From the human T2T-CHM13v2.0 reference genome, Homo sapiens, in assembly GCF_009914755.1 (NCBI RefSeq), contig NC_060927.1: DNA of 64,000 bases; one strand, given 5' to 3'. The notes beneath the pieces are model-generated. The model saw only the letters and a list, made by a program, of their open reading frames with translations, did not search any database and was not told where the DNA came from. The position numbers were made by a program, and so were the translations under genes. Of the stretch, positions 1-14,033 are shown piece after piece. Within the stretch, counting starts at the first letter, position 1. Every line of letters starts with the position of its first letter.

Positions 1-1532
1 GAGGTTGGAAGAGTTTGGAGGGCTAGAAGAAGATAGGAAGATATGGGAAAGTTTGGAACTTTCTAGGGATTTATTGAATAGCTTTGACTAAAATGCTGAG
101 AGTGATATGGACAGTGAAGTCCAGGCTGAGGTGGTCTTAGATGGAGATGAGGAACTTACTGGGAATTGGAATAAGGGTGACTCTTGCTATGCTTTAGCAA
201 AGAGACTGATTACATTTTGCCTCTGCCCTAGAGATCTGTGGAACTTTGAACTTGAAAGAGATGATTTAGAGTTCCTGGCCAAAGAAATTTCTAAGCAGCA
301 AAGCATTCAAGAGGTGACTTGGATGTTCTTAAAAGCATTCAGTTTTATGCATCCACAAAGAGATGGTTTGGAATTGGAACTTATGTTTAAAAGGGAAGCA
401 AAGCATAAAAGTTTGGAAAATTTGCAGCCTGGACAATGCAATAGAAAAAGAAAAACCCATTTTCTAAGGAGAAATTCAAGCAGCTCCAGAAACTTGCATA
501 AGTAACGAGGAGCCAAATGTCAATAGCCAAGATAATGGGGAAATGTCTCCAGGGCATGTCAGAGGTCTTCATGGCAGGCCCTCTCATCACAGGCCCAGAG
601 ACCTAGGAGGAAAAAATGGTTTTATGGACCAGGCCCAGGGCCTTGCCGCCTTGTGCTGTCTTGGGACTTGGTGCCCTGCATGCTAGCCATGGCTAAAAGG
701 GACCAACATACAGCTCAGGCCATTGCTTCAGAGGATGCAAGCCCTAAGACTTGGTAGCTTACATGTAGTGTTGGGCCTGCAGATGCACAGAAGTCAGGAA
801 TTGAGGTTTGGGAACCTCTGTCTAGATTTTAGAGGATGTATGGAAATGCCTGGCTATCCAGGCAGATGTTTGCTGCAGGAGTGGGACCCTCATGGAGATC
901 CTCTGCTAGGACAGTGTGGAGGGGAAGTGTGGGGTTGGAGCCCCCATTCAGAGCACCCACTGGGGCACTGCCTAGTGGAGCTGTGAGAAGAGGGCCACTG
1001 TCCTCTAGTCCCCAGAATGGTAGATCCACCAACAGTTTGCATCATGTGCCTGGAAAAGCTCTAGTCACTCAATGCCAGCCCATGAAAGCAGCTGGGAGAG
1101 AGGCTGTACCTGCAAAGCCACAGGGGTAGATCTGCCCAAGGCCATGGGAGCCCACTCCTTGCATCACCATGACCTGGATGTGAAACATGGAGTCAAAGGA
1201 GATCATTTTTGAACTTTAAGTTTTAATGATTGTCCTATTGGATTTAAAACTTGCATTGGGCCTGTAGCCTCTTTGTTTTGGCCAATTTCTCCCATTTGGA
1301 ATGGGTGTATTTACCCAATGTCTGCACCCTCATTGTATCTAGGAAGTAACTAACTTGCTTTTGATTTTACAGGTTCATAGGCAGAAGGGACTTGCCTTGT
1401 CTCAGATGAGACTTTGGACTTGGACTTTTGGGTTAATTCTGAAATGAGTTAAGTCTTTGGGGGACTGTTGGAAGGGCATGATTGTGTTTTGAAATGTGAG
1501 GACATGAGATGTGGGAGGAGACAGGGGTAGAA
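1..1532 (+). mobile_element. MaLR internal sequence (THE1D-int/MST-int type), continues past the left window edge
   Basis: Typical MaLR internal motifs (gatatggacagtgaagtccaggctgaggtggtc; ccttgtctcagatgagactttggac). Ends in a purine tract just before the LTR. ORFs 107-1129 are remnants of the MaLR internal ORF. Confidence 0.9.
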
Positions 1533-1903
1533 TGATATGGTTTGGCTCTGGGTCCCCACCCAAATCTCACCTTGAAATGTAATAATCCTCACATGTCAAA
1601 GGCAGAATGAGGTGGAGGTAACTGAATCATGGAGATGGTTTCCCCCATGCTGTTCTCATGATAATGAGTGAGTCTCATGAGATCTGATGGTATGATAAAC
1701 ATCTGCATTTCTCCTTCTTGCACTTCTCCTTCCTGCCACTTTGTAAAGAAGGTGCCTTGCTTCCCCTTTGCCTTCCACCATGATGGTAAATTTCCTGATG
1801 TCTCCTGAGCCATGCTGAACTGTGAGCCAATTAAACCTCTTTGCTTTATAAATTACTCAGTCTCAGGTATGTATTTATAAGTAGCATAGAATGGACTAAT
1901 ACA
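1533..1903 (+). mobile_element. THE1D-type MaLR 3' LTR
   Basis: Starts tgatatggtttggctctg, ends atggactaataca, contains attaaacctct poly(A) signal. Followed directly by L1 sequence, so the THE1 element inserted into an L1. Confidence 0.9.
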
Positions 1904-4900
1904 GTGTATATGTACCACATTTTTTCACCCAGTCTTCCATTGATGGGCAGTTAGGTTGATTCCAAGTTTTTGCTATTGTAAATAGTGCTGCAATGAACAT
2001 ACGTGTGCATGTGTCTTTATAATAGAAAAATTTATTTTCCTCTGGATATGTACCCAGTAATGGGATTGCAGGATGGAACAGTATTTCGGTCTTTAGGTCT
2101 CTGAGAGATTGACACACTGCTTTCCACAATGATTGAACTAATTTACAGTCCCATTAACAGTGTATAAGTGTTTCTTTTTTCTCTGCAACCTTGCCAGCAT
2201 CTGTTATTTTTTGACTTTTTAATACCAGCCATTCTGACTGGTGTGAGATGGTATCTCATTGTGGTTTTGATTTGCATTTCTCTAATGATCAGAGATGAGC
2301 TTTTGTCATATGATTGTTGGTGGCACGTATGTCTTCTTTTGAAAAGTATCTATTCATGTTCTTTGCCCACTTGTTAATGCGGTTGTTTTTCTTTTCTCTT
2401 TTGTTTAAGTTTTGTTTATTTAAGTTCTTTACGGGTGTTAGATATTAGGCCTTTGTTAGATGCATAGTTTGCAAATATTTTCTCCCATTCTGTAGGTTGT
2501 CTGTTTACTCCGATGATAGTTTCTATTGCTGTGCAGAAGCTTTTTAGTTTAATTAGATCCCACTTCTCAATCTTTGCTTTTGTTGCTATTGCTTTTGGCA
2601 TCTTCATCATGAAATTTTTGCCTGTTCCTACATCCAGAGTGATATTGCCTAGGTTGTCTTCCAAAGTTTTTAAAGTTTTGGGTTTTACATTTAAGTTTTT
2701 AATCCATCTTGAGTTTTGTATATGATGTAAGGAAGGGGCCCAGTTTCAATCTTCTGCATATGGCTAGCCAGTTATCCCAGAACCATTTATTGAATAGGGA
2801 ATAATTTTCCCATTGCTTGTTTTTGTCAGGTTTGTTGAAAGTCAGATAGCTGTAGGTGTGTAGACTTACTTCTTGGTTTTCTCTTCTGTTCCATTGGTCT
2901 ATGTGTCTGTTTTTGTATTAGTACCACGCTGTTTTGATTACTGTAGCCCTGTAGTATAATTTGAAGTCAAGTACAATGATGCCTTCAGCTTTGTTCTTTT
3001 TGCTTAGAATTGCCTTGGCTCTTTGGGCTCTTTTTGGTTCCATACAAATTTTAAAATGGTTGTTTCTAGTCTGCAAAGACTGTCAATGGTAGTTTAATAG
3101 GAACAGAACTGAATCTATAAATTGTTTTGGACAGTATGGCCATGTTAACAATATTGATTCTTCTTCCTATCCATGAGCATAGAATGTTTTTCCATTTGTT
3201 TGTGTTATCTTTGACTTCTTTAAGCAGTGTTTTGTAGTTCTTTTTGTAAAAATCTTTCACCTCCTCAGTTAACTGTATTTATAGTTTTTTTGTTTGTTTG
3301 TTTGTTTTTTGACAATTGTGAATGGGATTGTGTTCCTGATTTGGCTCTCAGCTTAACTGTTGGTAAATAGGAATGTTAGTAATTTTTACACATTGATTGT
3401 GTATCCTGAGACTTTGCTGAAGTTGTTTATCAGCTTAAGGAGCTTTTGGGCTGAGACTATAAGGTTTTCTAGATATAGGATTATATCATCTGCAAACAGG
3501 GGTAGTTGACTTTCTCTCTTTCTATTTGAATGCCCTTTATTTCATCCTCTTGCTTGATTGCCCTGGCTAGGACTTCCAATACTCTATCGAATAGGAGTAG
3601 TGAAAGAGGACATCCTTGTCTTGTGCTGGTTTTCAAGGCGATTGCTTCTAGCTTTTGCCCCTTCATTATATTGTTGGCTGTGGGTTTGTCATAGACAGCT
3701 CTTATTATTTTGAGGTATGTTCCTTTGATACCTAGTTTATTGAGAGTTTTTAATATAAAGAGGCATTGAAATTTATCAAAAGTATTTTCTGCATGTATTG
3801 ATATAATAATGTGGTTTTTGTCTTTAGTTTTGTTTATGTGATGCATCGTACTTATTGATTTACGTATGTTGAACCAAACTTGCATCCCATGAATAAAGAC
3901 CATGGTGGATTAGCTTTTGATGTAATGCTGGATTTAGTTTGCCAGTATTTGGTTGAGGATGTTTGCATCAATATTCATCAAGGATATTGGCCTGTTTTTG
4001 TTGTGTCTCTGCCAGGTTTTATGGTCAGAATGATGCTGCCCTCATAGAATGGGTTAGGGAAGAGTTCTTCCTCCTCAATTTTTTGGAATAGTTCCAGTAG
4101 GAATGGTACCAGGTTGTTTTTTGTACATCTGGTAGAGTTCAGCTATAAATCCATTTGGTCCTAGGCTTTTTTTGGTTGGTAGGCTATTTATTACAGATTC
4201 CATTTCAGAGCTTATTGTTGGTCTGTTCAGGAATTCAATTTCTTCCTAGTTCAGTCTTGGGAGGGCATATGTGTCTAGGACTTTGCCCACTTCTTCTATA
4301 TTTTCTAGTTTATGTGCATAGAAGTGTTCATAATAGTCTCTGACAGTTATTTGTAATTTTTTTTGGGTCAGTGGGGTCAGCAAATATTATTTGCCGGTTA
4401 CTATTGTCATTTCTAATTGTGTTTAGTTGGATCTTCTCTCTTTTCTTCTTTATTAGTCTAATTAGCAGTTTATTTATTTTATTAATTTTTCAAAGGAGCA
4501 ACTCCTGGATTTGTTGATCTTTTGAATGGTTTCTAGTGTTTCAATCTTTTTCAGTTCACCTCGGATTTTGGTTATTTTTTGTCTTCTGCTAGCTTTGGGG
4601 TTGGTTTGCTCTTAGTTCTCTAATTCTTTCAGCTGTGATGTTAGGTTGTTAAATTGAGATCTTTCAAACTTTTAGATGTGAGCATCTAGTACTATAAATT
4701 TCTTTCTTAACAGTGCCTTAGCTCTGTCCCAGATATTCTGGTATGTTGTATCTTTGTTCTCATTAGTTTCAAATAACTTCTTGAATTCTGCCTTAATTTC
4801 ACTATTTACACAAAAGTCATTCAGGATCAGGTTATTTAATTTCCATGTAATTGTATGGTTTTGAACACATTTCTTAGTCTTGATTTCTAATTTGATTTTG

Positions 4901-6056
4901 CTGTGGTCTGAGAGAGTGGTTGCTATAATTTCAGTTCTTTTGCATTTGCTGAGGAGTGTTTTGTGTCTGATTATGTGGTTGATTTTAGAGTATGTGCCAT
5001 GTAGTGACGAGAAGAAAGTACATTCTGTTGCTTTTGGGTGGAGAATTCTGTAGATGTCTATTAGGTCCATTTGATCCAGTGCTGAGTTCAGATTCTGAAT
5101 ATCTTTATTTTCTGCCTTGATGATCTAATGCTGTCACTGCTATTATTGTATGAGAGTCTAAGTCTCTTTGAAGGTCTCTAAGGACTTGCTTTATGAATCT
5201 GGGTGCTCCTGTGTTGGGTGCATATATGTATTTAGGACAGTTAGGTCTTCTTGTTGAAATGAACCTTTTACCATTATGTAATGTCCTTATTTGTTTTAAA
5301 ATCTTTGTTGTTTTAAAGTGTGTTCTATCTGAAATTAGGATTGTAACCCCAGCTTTTTTATGTTTTCTATTTGCTTGCTAGATTTTTCTCCATCTCTGTA
5401 TTGAACCTCTTGGTGTTATTGCATGTGAGATCAGTCTCTTGAAGACAGCATACCAATCAGTCTTCGTTCTTTATCCAGCCTGCCACACTACCTTATAATT
5501 GGGGCGTTTAGTCCATTTATACTCATGGTTAGTATTGACATATATGGATTTGATCATGTAATCATGATATTTGCTAGTTATTATGCAGATTTGTTTGTGT
5601 GGTTGCTTTATAGTGTCACTGATCTGTGTACTTCAGTGTGTTTTTATAGTGGCTGGTAAGAGTCTTTCCTTTCCATATTTAGTGCTTCCTTCAGGAGCTT
5701 TTGTAAGGCAAGTCAGGTGGTAGTGAATTCCTTCAGCATTTCCTTGTCTGAATAGATTCTTATTTTTCCTTCACTTTTGAAGCTTAGTTTGGCCAGATAT
5801 AAAATCCTGCGTTGGAATTTTTTTCTATAAGAATGTTGAATATTGGTCCCCAATCTCTTCTGGCTTGTAAGGTTTCTGCTGAGAAGTCCACTGTCAGTCT
5901 GATGGACTTCCCTTTGTGGGTGATCTAACCTTTCTCACTAGCTGCCTTTAGCATTTCTTCTTTCATTTTGACTTTGGAGAATCTGATGATTATGTGTCTT
6001 GGGTATGATCTTCTTGTGAAGTATCTTACTGAGGTTCTCAGCATTTCCTGAATTTG
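1904..6056 (-). mobile_element. Degraded LINE-1 (older L1PA/L1PB type): ORF2 and 3' part of ORF1
   Basis: Minus-strand ORF fragments translate to L1 ORF2p: endonuclease ([22 protein letters not shown]), RT ([11 protein letters not shown]), C-terminal region ([13 protein letters not shown]; CTRMFIAALFTIAKTWNQP). Many stops and frameshifts. Confidence 0.95.
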
Positions 6057-7140
6057 TTCAGGATCTCCATCCTTTGTGGTCATTAAACTTAGGCTTTTGT
6101 ACTGATAGAGCTAACAGTCTTTCAGAAATCTCTGCCTAGCTTCTCAAGTGCATCTTTGAGAATCAAACATTACTTAGATAAAAAATAACCAACAAATGTT
6201 ATGATTCAATCATGCTACATGGATATGTCCACTATTAATCAACACGATGGCTTTGCTCATTGTAGTCTTTCAAGAACATAGGTTAATGTGGGCTTCATTT
6301 TGTTACATGTTTCCATGGCCTTTGATAGTAGAAAGGGAATATGGCGAATTCTGAGCTGACTTTAAAATTTCAAACTGGAACTTCTGTTTTCCTTTCTCTG
6401 GACAAAAGCAAGTCATAAGGTCACACAAAATATCAAGTGGATAGAGAATTACAATTCTAGTATATTCCTGGAAAGTAGAGAGCTGGAAGTTATTGGTGAA
6501 CAGCACATGGTGAAAACAGAGTAAAATATGCTACAACTGATTTATCCTATTCCCATACATTTAAAAAGAGGTCACTGAGTTTTTTCTTCTTTTTGCTATT
6601 CAAACACATTTCAACAAATATCCTTGTATACACGTGACAAAATTTCTCTAAAATACTTATTAGGTGTCAAATTGCCAGATGATAATAAATTCCTAATTGC
6701 ATAACTAATTAGATGTTGCCAAATTAAAATTGTTTGCTAAAATTGTATTGGTTTATACCCTAACCAGCCATGTTTAGAGTTCCTATTCTTCCATGTTCTC
6801 ACTAAAATTTTAAGTTATAATGTATATTAACTTTCTAATCAGATAGGTATCTATGCTATCTTATTTTTATTTTTATTTTTCTGATTACTAGTAGGTCAAG
6901 CATCTTTTCTTATATATACTTCCCATTCAAATTTTCTCTTTTGTGAATTTTATGTTTTATGCATAATTGCTGTCTAGCTTTATTATATTAAAACAATTTT
7001 TTGTGGTGCAGTGTGGGTATTTCTTCAAATCTATCTTCTAGTACACTAATTTATTTCTTAATCTGTGTTTTAAGTATGAAAATTTTAAGTATTCAATTAC
7101 TTTTTATTATTTTTAGAAGTTTTTTAAAATTTCTAATTTT

Positions 7141-7500
<360 letters not shown>

Positions 7501-8105
7501 TCATTTAGCTTTTAAATAATTTAAAGCATACATATTCTATAGTCTTCCCCCATTTTTCTATTATATCAAAGTCTTATGTTTGCTAATTCTGTCTTTCATG
7601 GTAAACAGTTTTCTCTTGTGTTAAAAAATGTTGCCAGCTCTTCTTCAGTAGAGTGTTTTTGTTGTTGCTGTTGTTTGTTTGTTTAAGTTTGAATTTGTTT
7701 CACTAGGTTCTGCAGGGTTTTGTTTGTGTCCTGGTCCAGATTTTATGTTACTCTTTTATTAATAGCTTGGAGATTCACATGCCACACAGTTAGTATAGGT
7801 TGAGACTCCATCTAGATACTTAACTAATGAGTTCTGACTACTCATAGGAGATCTTTGTCTCTCACAGCTTCAAACATAGACGAGCTTACTTATTGTTTCC
7901 CTGGAATGGTGCATGGAGATTTTTCAGTCCTCATTTCACTGAGAAAGAAGCCACCTACAGTGGTCTCTCAATTGACTTTTAATTCCAGCCCCTATCTTAT
8001 GCAAGTCATGTTGCTTTCTCTACAATAAGCATTAAAAACCTAGTCCCAACCAATAACAACTTAAATTGAGATTTGACCTGTAGTTACAGCTCACAAGCTT
8101 ACCTC

Positions 8106-8459
8106 TGATTATGTTGAACTTCACCTGAGCCTTGTGCTCTGAGAAAATAGCAATGATTAACAAATCCCCATCCTTTTATTTTCTGAGAAATGAGTATCCA
8201 TGAAGGACATCCCATATTTTCAGCTTTCCCATATTTCAAGATGAGACTCACCTCTACCTTTTCCAATGACTCAGATAAACCCTTCTTCATCTTCCCTCTT
8301 GATTCTTATAAGACTTGTGGATGATTCCCTTGTTAACTTGCCTCTTCCTATGTCCCCTTTATTTTCTTCTATATGTCCCTCACTAGTGAATGCTCTCTCA
8401 ATTGCAATAGCCTGAATAAAACCTTCTCCTTAACTGCCTGGTGAATTTTGTCTGTAATA
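8106..8459 (+). mobile_element. 5' LTR of an ancient ERV1-class provirus (MER92/MER110-like)
   Basis: Similar to 15021-15769 (about 43/60 identical over the first 60 nt by eye; 3' ends share ctct..attgcaata..aataaaa..ctggtg..ttttgtct). Followed directly by a PBS. Confidence 0.75.
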
Positions 8460-8462
8460 CTT

Positions 8463-8480
8463 TGGTGCTGTGACTCAGAA
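8463..8480 (+). promoter_or_regulatory. Retroviral primer-binding site, tRNA-His type
   Basis: tggtgctgtgactcagaa matches TGGTGCCGTGACTCGGAT (complement of the tRNA-His 3' end) at 15/18; two mismatches are CpG transitions. Lies 3 nt after the LTR end. Confidence 0.75.
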
Positions 8481-8893
8481 GGGATTGAACCTCACCTTCA
8501 GATCCCTGTTAATTCCATCCCCATAATTGGGCCCCTCAGTGAGCTTTGTGCACTGTTCCTGACTGGTGATCTGGTAACCAATGGTGTGCGTGATTTCTTG
8601 TCCTGTGTTCTGGGTTACTGTCCATTGGTAGCATGATAAAGATTGATTTTGATTATATTTGAGTATGCACTTGATTTCTGGTGCTGCTCCTTCTGATTTG
8701 ATGGTCTGACCTTTTGGTGATTTCTATAAATGGATTGATGGTTTATAGAGATCTTGTTTTTATTGAGTAAAGGACAACAAAATATTAACAGAAGAGTGTT
8801 AATCTCTTTTGTTTGTCTACTTTGAACTCAAATCAATTAAGAATTCATACCCATTTATAAAGAAGAGGTTTTTAATATGAAATGGTGACTTTT

Positions 8894-10075
8894 TATTGAT
8901 ATATAATCACATATTTTCAAGCTACAAGTGATAATTTAATACATTCATATAATTTGTAAAGATCAAATCAGTGTAACTGGCATATCTTTCACCTCAAATA
9001 TTTGTCTTTTGTTTGTGTTTAGAAGCATTTTAATTATTCTCTTCTAGCTACTTTGAAATATACAATAGATCATTGTAAACTAGAGTCACCCTACTTATCT
9101 ATCAAAAACTAGGTCTTAGGCCAGGGATGGTGGCTCACGCCTGTAATCCCAGTAATTTGAGAGACTGAGGTGGGTGGATCACTTGAAGCTAGGAGATTCA
9201 GACCAGCCTAGCCAACATGGTGAAACCCCATCTTTACTAAAAATGCGAAAATTAGCTGGGTGTGGTGGCACGTGTCTGTAATCTCAGTTACTTGGGAGGC
9301 TGAGGCAGGAGAATCGCTTAAACCCAGTATGTGGAGGTTGATCTCAGTGAGCTGAGATCATGCCACTGCCACTGCACACCAGCCTGGGCAACAGAGCAAA
9401 ACTCTGTCTCAAAACAAACAGACAAACAAAACAACAACAATAACAACAACAAACAACCAAACAAAAAAACACAAAGAAAAACTAGGTCATAATTCTTTTA
9501 TTAAACTGTGTATTTACCAACTCATCAATCTCTTTTTCCCTTCCCCTATACCCTTCCCAGCCTTTGGTAAATGCCAGTATACTTTCTATCTTCAGCAGAT
9601 CCACTTTTTAGCTCCCCCAAATAGGTGAGAACATGTGATACTTAGCTTTGGCTTATTTCACTTAACGTAATAACCTCCATAATGATCTCCATCCATGTTG
9701 CTGCAAATGACAGGTTTTCATTCCTTTTTATGGCTGAATAATATTCCATTGTGTGTATATACCACATTTTGTTTATCCATTCATCTGTTAATAGACCCTT
9801 TGACTGATTCCATATTTTGACTATTGTGAATAGTGCTGCAATAAACATGGGCGTGCACATATCTCTTTCATATATTGATTTTCTTTCTTTGGATATATAA
9901 CCAGTAGTGGAATTGCTGGATCATATGATAGTTCTATTCTGAGTTTTTAAGGAAACTCTATACAGTTTTCCATAGGGGCTGTACTAATTTACATTCCCAT
10001 CAACAGTGTACAAGTGTTCCCCTCTCTCCACATCCTCACCAGCATCCATTATACCTTGTCTTTTTGATAAAAGCC
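8894..10075 (-). mobile_element. L1MA-type 3' fragment nested in the ERV
   Basis: ORF 9642-9860 is the L1 ORF2p C-terminus. Flanked by a 17-bp TSD, atgaaatggtgactttt (8877-8893) / atgaaatgatgagtttt (10076-10092). Confidence 0.85.
9119..9476 (+). mobile_element. AluS nested in L1MA
   Basis: Dimeric Alu with CAA-rich tail; TSD aaaaactaggtctta / aaaaactaggtcata. Confidence 0.95.
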
Positions 10076-11823
10076 ATGAAATGATGAGTTTTATGAATTA
10101 GTGTTTTTTCTTGATCCAAGGCTAAAATTTTAGAATTGAAGCTGTATGCACTCTATTTGCGTCTGTCTGCATGTTGATATGACGTGTTCAGAAGTTCCTC
10201 TGCCTCTCTCATTGTGTGTGTAATATTTTTCCTTATCTGGATGGCATTAATAAATTAGATTTAGCATCTCTTAAAGGAACTCAGTGCTAATTGGTTTAGA
10301 GATTAAGTGCTTATATAAATTGAATACCCCTAAAATTCCCAGATATTAAGGAAATTAAATTTCTAGTAAAATGTGCTACAAAATTTTTTATAGAAACTAA
10401 CACAAATGTTTTAAGAAGTTCTCATAACTTTCAGAAAGTTTGTCAAATAAACCAGTTTAATATTTTGATTTAATTTTTCAAACATCGTATCTCCTCTGAT
10501 TTGTGTTAAATATAGTATACACATAGACTTTATTCTACTTCTTATGCTTTTCTTAAAAGTACACATGTTTACTGGTCAAATAAGCTAGCATCACTTCTAC
10601 TTAATGTATAAATTATGCAAAATGTAAACTAGTGTTTATCAAATTGAATCATTATTCTGACAAACTTTATTTCAAGAGTAATTAGGTTTTATAGTATATA
10701 CCTTGAAGATAATTTCCAAGCTCTTTAGGTAATTTAAAATCTTGGACTGAAACTAAATTGAGCTAATTAATGGATATTCATTAGATACGTAGATTATTTC
10801 TGAGTAAGACAGAATATGGAAACATTAATTCTTAAATGGAATTTTAAGCTTATACTTTCTGCCTCTTATTTTTATATGGTATAAATAGGCTGTATATATT
10901 TTAATCTGTTATTAAAAGTATTTATTTTGCCATTCTGAGAAGTTGTTCTATAAAAGATGTATATGGCTATAGGAAAATAACAGAAAGTTAATGGAAAGAT
11001 AATTTTGTTGTGGTCAAAGGTAAGGTTCGATGGTTTATTTATAAGATTTTTAAAAAGAGCTTTGATATCAAATATTATATTGATACAATATTAGAATTTG
11101 TTTTTCTCTCTTTTTCAGCAAACTTTTCCACTAGCATAGTGTTCTGTTCTTACTAAGAGGTTGTAAAAGATTATTCTTTATCCCTTTTGTAATCTGCCTA
11201 GATACCAAAGATTCTGTATCTTGCCAAAATAACCGCTATGGTTTATGTTAAATTTATTATGTCCTTTATTATTTTAAAAAACAAAAAAAATACGTATAAA
11301 AAAGTTAAGATTCTTTACAATCATGTTATCTCCTATGTTTACTTTCAAAATCTTTTATTGCCCCTTGGATTAATAGGTCGCTAAGTGTCATTTCTCAGTA
11401 ACCCATGCTCCTATCTTAATCAAGTTTAAATTTCCTGATAATTTCAATATTTTGCATTTTCAAAATTGAAATCTAACTAATATCTTTTACATCTAAAAGA
11501 CCAAAATCTTTAAGATTTCCTAGAAGGAACCTGGAAAATCACAAAGGATTTATTCTTCCTAGTTATAAAAGGAGAAGTGCTAGAAATAATTAGGTTTATT
11601 TGACATGTAATTATTGATGAGTTGCATGGAGTTTTTAAATCAGGAGAGAGGTTTAGCCCTCTCTGGATTACAGTTGTATGAAAAATGTTATTAATATAAA
11701 TATTTTAGAAATTCTATGTTGCATGAGACGTTCCTGGAGATTTGTCAATGCCCTCGGTCCATGGTCTGTTTCTCTTCATCAGAATCCTGGTGCTGCTTTC
11801 CTTGATGTCAATCTACAACAATA

Positions 11824-11880
11824 CAGTATTATCAGTCATATTCTATTATCAGTCATAATAGTATTATCAGTATATTCAGT
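11824..11880. repeat. Three imperfect copies of a ~17-19 bp unit (gtattatcagtcata)
   Basis: tattatcagt occurs three times in tandem. Confidence 0.7.
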
Positions 11881-14033
11881 TGCTTTTTAAACTGTTAACT
11901 GGATTGCAATTTTACTCCTTTAATTTGAATCTAGCCAGGACAGTAGTTTTCAACTGGGAATTCACCAACCTCCCTACAGAATTTTATCAATATGGATGCT
12001 TAGGACCTACTCTAGACTTGAAGTTCTTGATATATTCTTGGTATGTTCAAACTATAAGCTTAGTATATCTCAGGATTATTATATGCCTGAAGATATATTA
12101 CTTTGTGAAAGATTATATTCATTCATTTTTGTGAATTAAATGTAACATCGACTCTTCTTTGAAAATATCGCTAACAATTATGTTTACAGACATTTTGCCT
12201 CATCTTTGGGATTGATTTTGTTATCTTCTTTTGTATGAAATGGAAGCAAACAACTTTGTCAGTTACATTATTCTTGTGACGAACATTCACCAGATGTTTC
12301 ACTTTTGAAAATTATCAATAATAAGTTAACCATAGCCATTTTGTCTGTTGTTAACTGTAAATAGTTTTAATTTTACTCTGTTCCTTTCCTGAAAATACTT
12401 GCAATCAGCTACAGGCCAGAATGCTTTGTCTTCAATAAAGAGGGTCTGTCTCAGAGTCTCATGTAAAAGGACTATGTTAGGTATTTTGGGGCTCATCCTT
12501 CTTAAGCAACTTTGAGAACACACTGGTAGACTGAGTCATGTTTTTTAGAACTTTACTTGAGAAACAAGTGGGTTCACGAGACTGCCAACCCAAGATGAAG
12601 CAGAACAATAATTAAGTTATACATCAATAAAGTAATGAAAATTGATTGTGATTTTTGCTTGGGATAGTGTTCATATTTTAATGTTCTGTTTTCTGGATAT
12701 AGAAGGAATTCTTCCTTTTCTCATAAACTATAATTCATAAAAATTAAGTAGATTATACTTTTATAAATGGGAGAGAAACATTTCTAAATGTTATCTTTTT
12801 CTCTCTGCTTGATCCCTCCAGAATTTCAAAGCTCTTGTTGTTTTTTTTATAGCGATATTATGATTTGCATATGTTCCATAAAGCCAACCTTATTGTTAGC
12901 AGATGTAATTGGAGACGTTAGTTTTGTAACCAAAATCTTGCCAGGAATATCGTATTTGAGAATGGTGTTCATTTAATCTGATATAACCAGATACCTTTAA
13001 GGAACTAAGGTGAACACTATGGAGTCAATGCTTACAAAGCCCTTGGAAAAATTGGCCTATTACTTGACTCACAGAGTTCCCAGACTTAAATGTGAGTAAG
13101 AAAGGTCACTTCCTGGAAGGCCTAGGACTCTTAAAATACTTTGAGGACTTCATGAAGAGAGGAATTTGATATCCTAGGTGAAATCTGATGGTGAGATATT
13201 GACTTGACTTTTTAGTATCAAGGGGCTTTTGGTGCTTTTGAAATTCTAATCTGATATTCCTTTATGAAAACTTCCAGCAAAGCAAACTTAAGAAGACCTA
13301 TGTGGTAAATTACCATTCTTGCTGCCTCTATGTAAGTAATGAAGCCAAATAAAATTAGAGCATTCTTATTTTGTGATCAAGAATAATACTTTTTCTTCAC
13401 ATTATTTTTGAGCAAAAGGGGTGTGACTGTAGAGAGAAATTTCGTATTTCAATGAATAGTTTTTGTCTATAGCATTGTCTATAGCATAATCTTGCAGATG
13501 GTTAAATTCTGGCACTATTCATTGTCTTTGAGCTATTTTGCACCTTTTTTGAAATTGTAGTAACTGACAGATAAGTAAACTATCTTGTCATTTTGTTGAA
13601 AAAAATGTATCTTCCCTCCCACACTGTGGAGAAACAGCTTTTATCCTACATGAAAATTGGAATGGATCCTATCACCTTGCTGAAATTGCTAATCCTTACC
13701 AAATTTTCAATTCTTCCTGTTTCCTTCAATATCTGATATGAATATCTGATTATGTGCCATTCTCCCAACATTTCCAATTTCTCTGTTTTGACTCAGCATC
13801 ACTGGGGACAGGGACTAAAATCTGGCCGCCCGGATTCCTCCTGAGACTCTAAGTTGCCTTGCATCCAGCCAGCTCTTTTCTCCAGGATCTGAAGAATCCC
13901 TGTGAGCTGAAGCCCGAGGACTTGATGCAAACCTCACCACTAAAGCAGACCATGCGTGAGTCACAAGTATCCCTTAACAAGCCACTGTCTTGGCTGTGAA
14001 GAAAGTCTGTTGAAATGGTTGGGTCCTGCATAC

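Noticed and set aside
107-1129. ORFs of 67-132 aa at the window start
   Set aside because: Broken MaLR internal-sequence frames, not host genes.
1896-5070. RT and endonuclease-like ORFs as an active retroelement
   Set aside because: Fragments of a dead L1 with many stops and frameshifts and no 5'UTR.
11824-11880. Spaced short repeats as a CRISPR-like array
   Set aside because: A simple degenerate tandem repeat without unique spacers, in eukaryotic ERV DNA.
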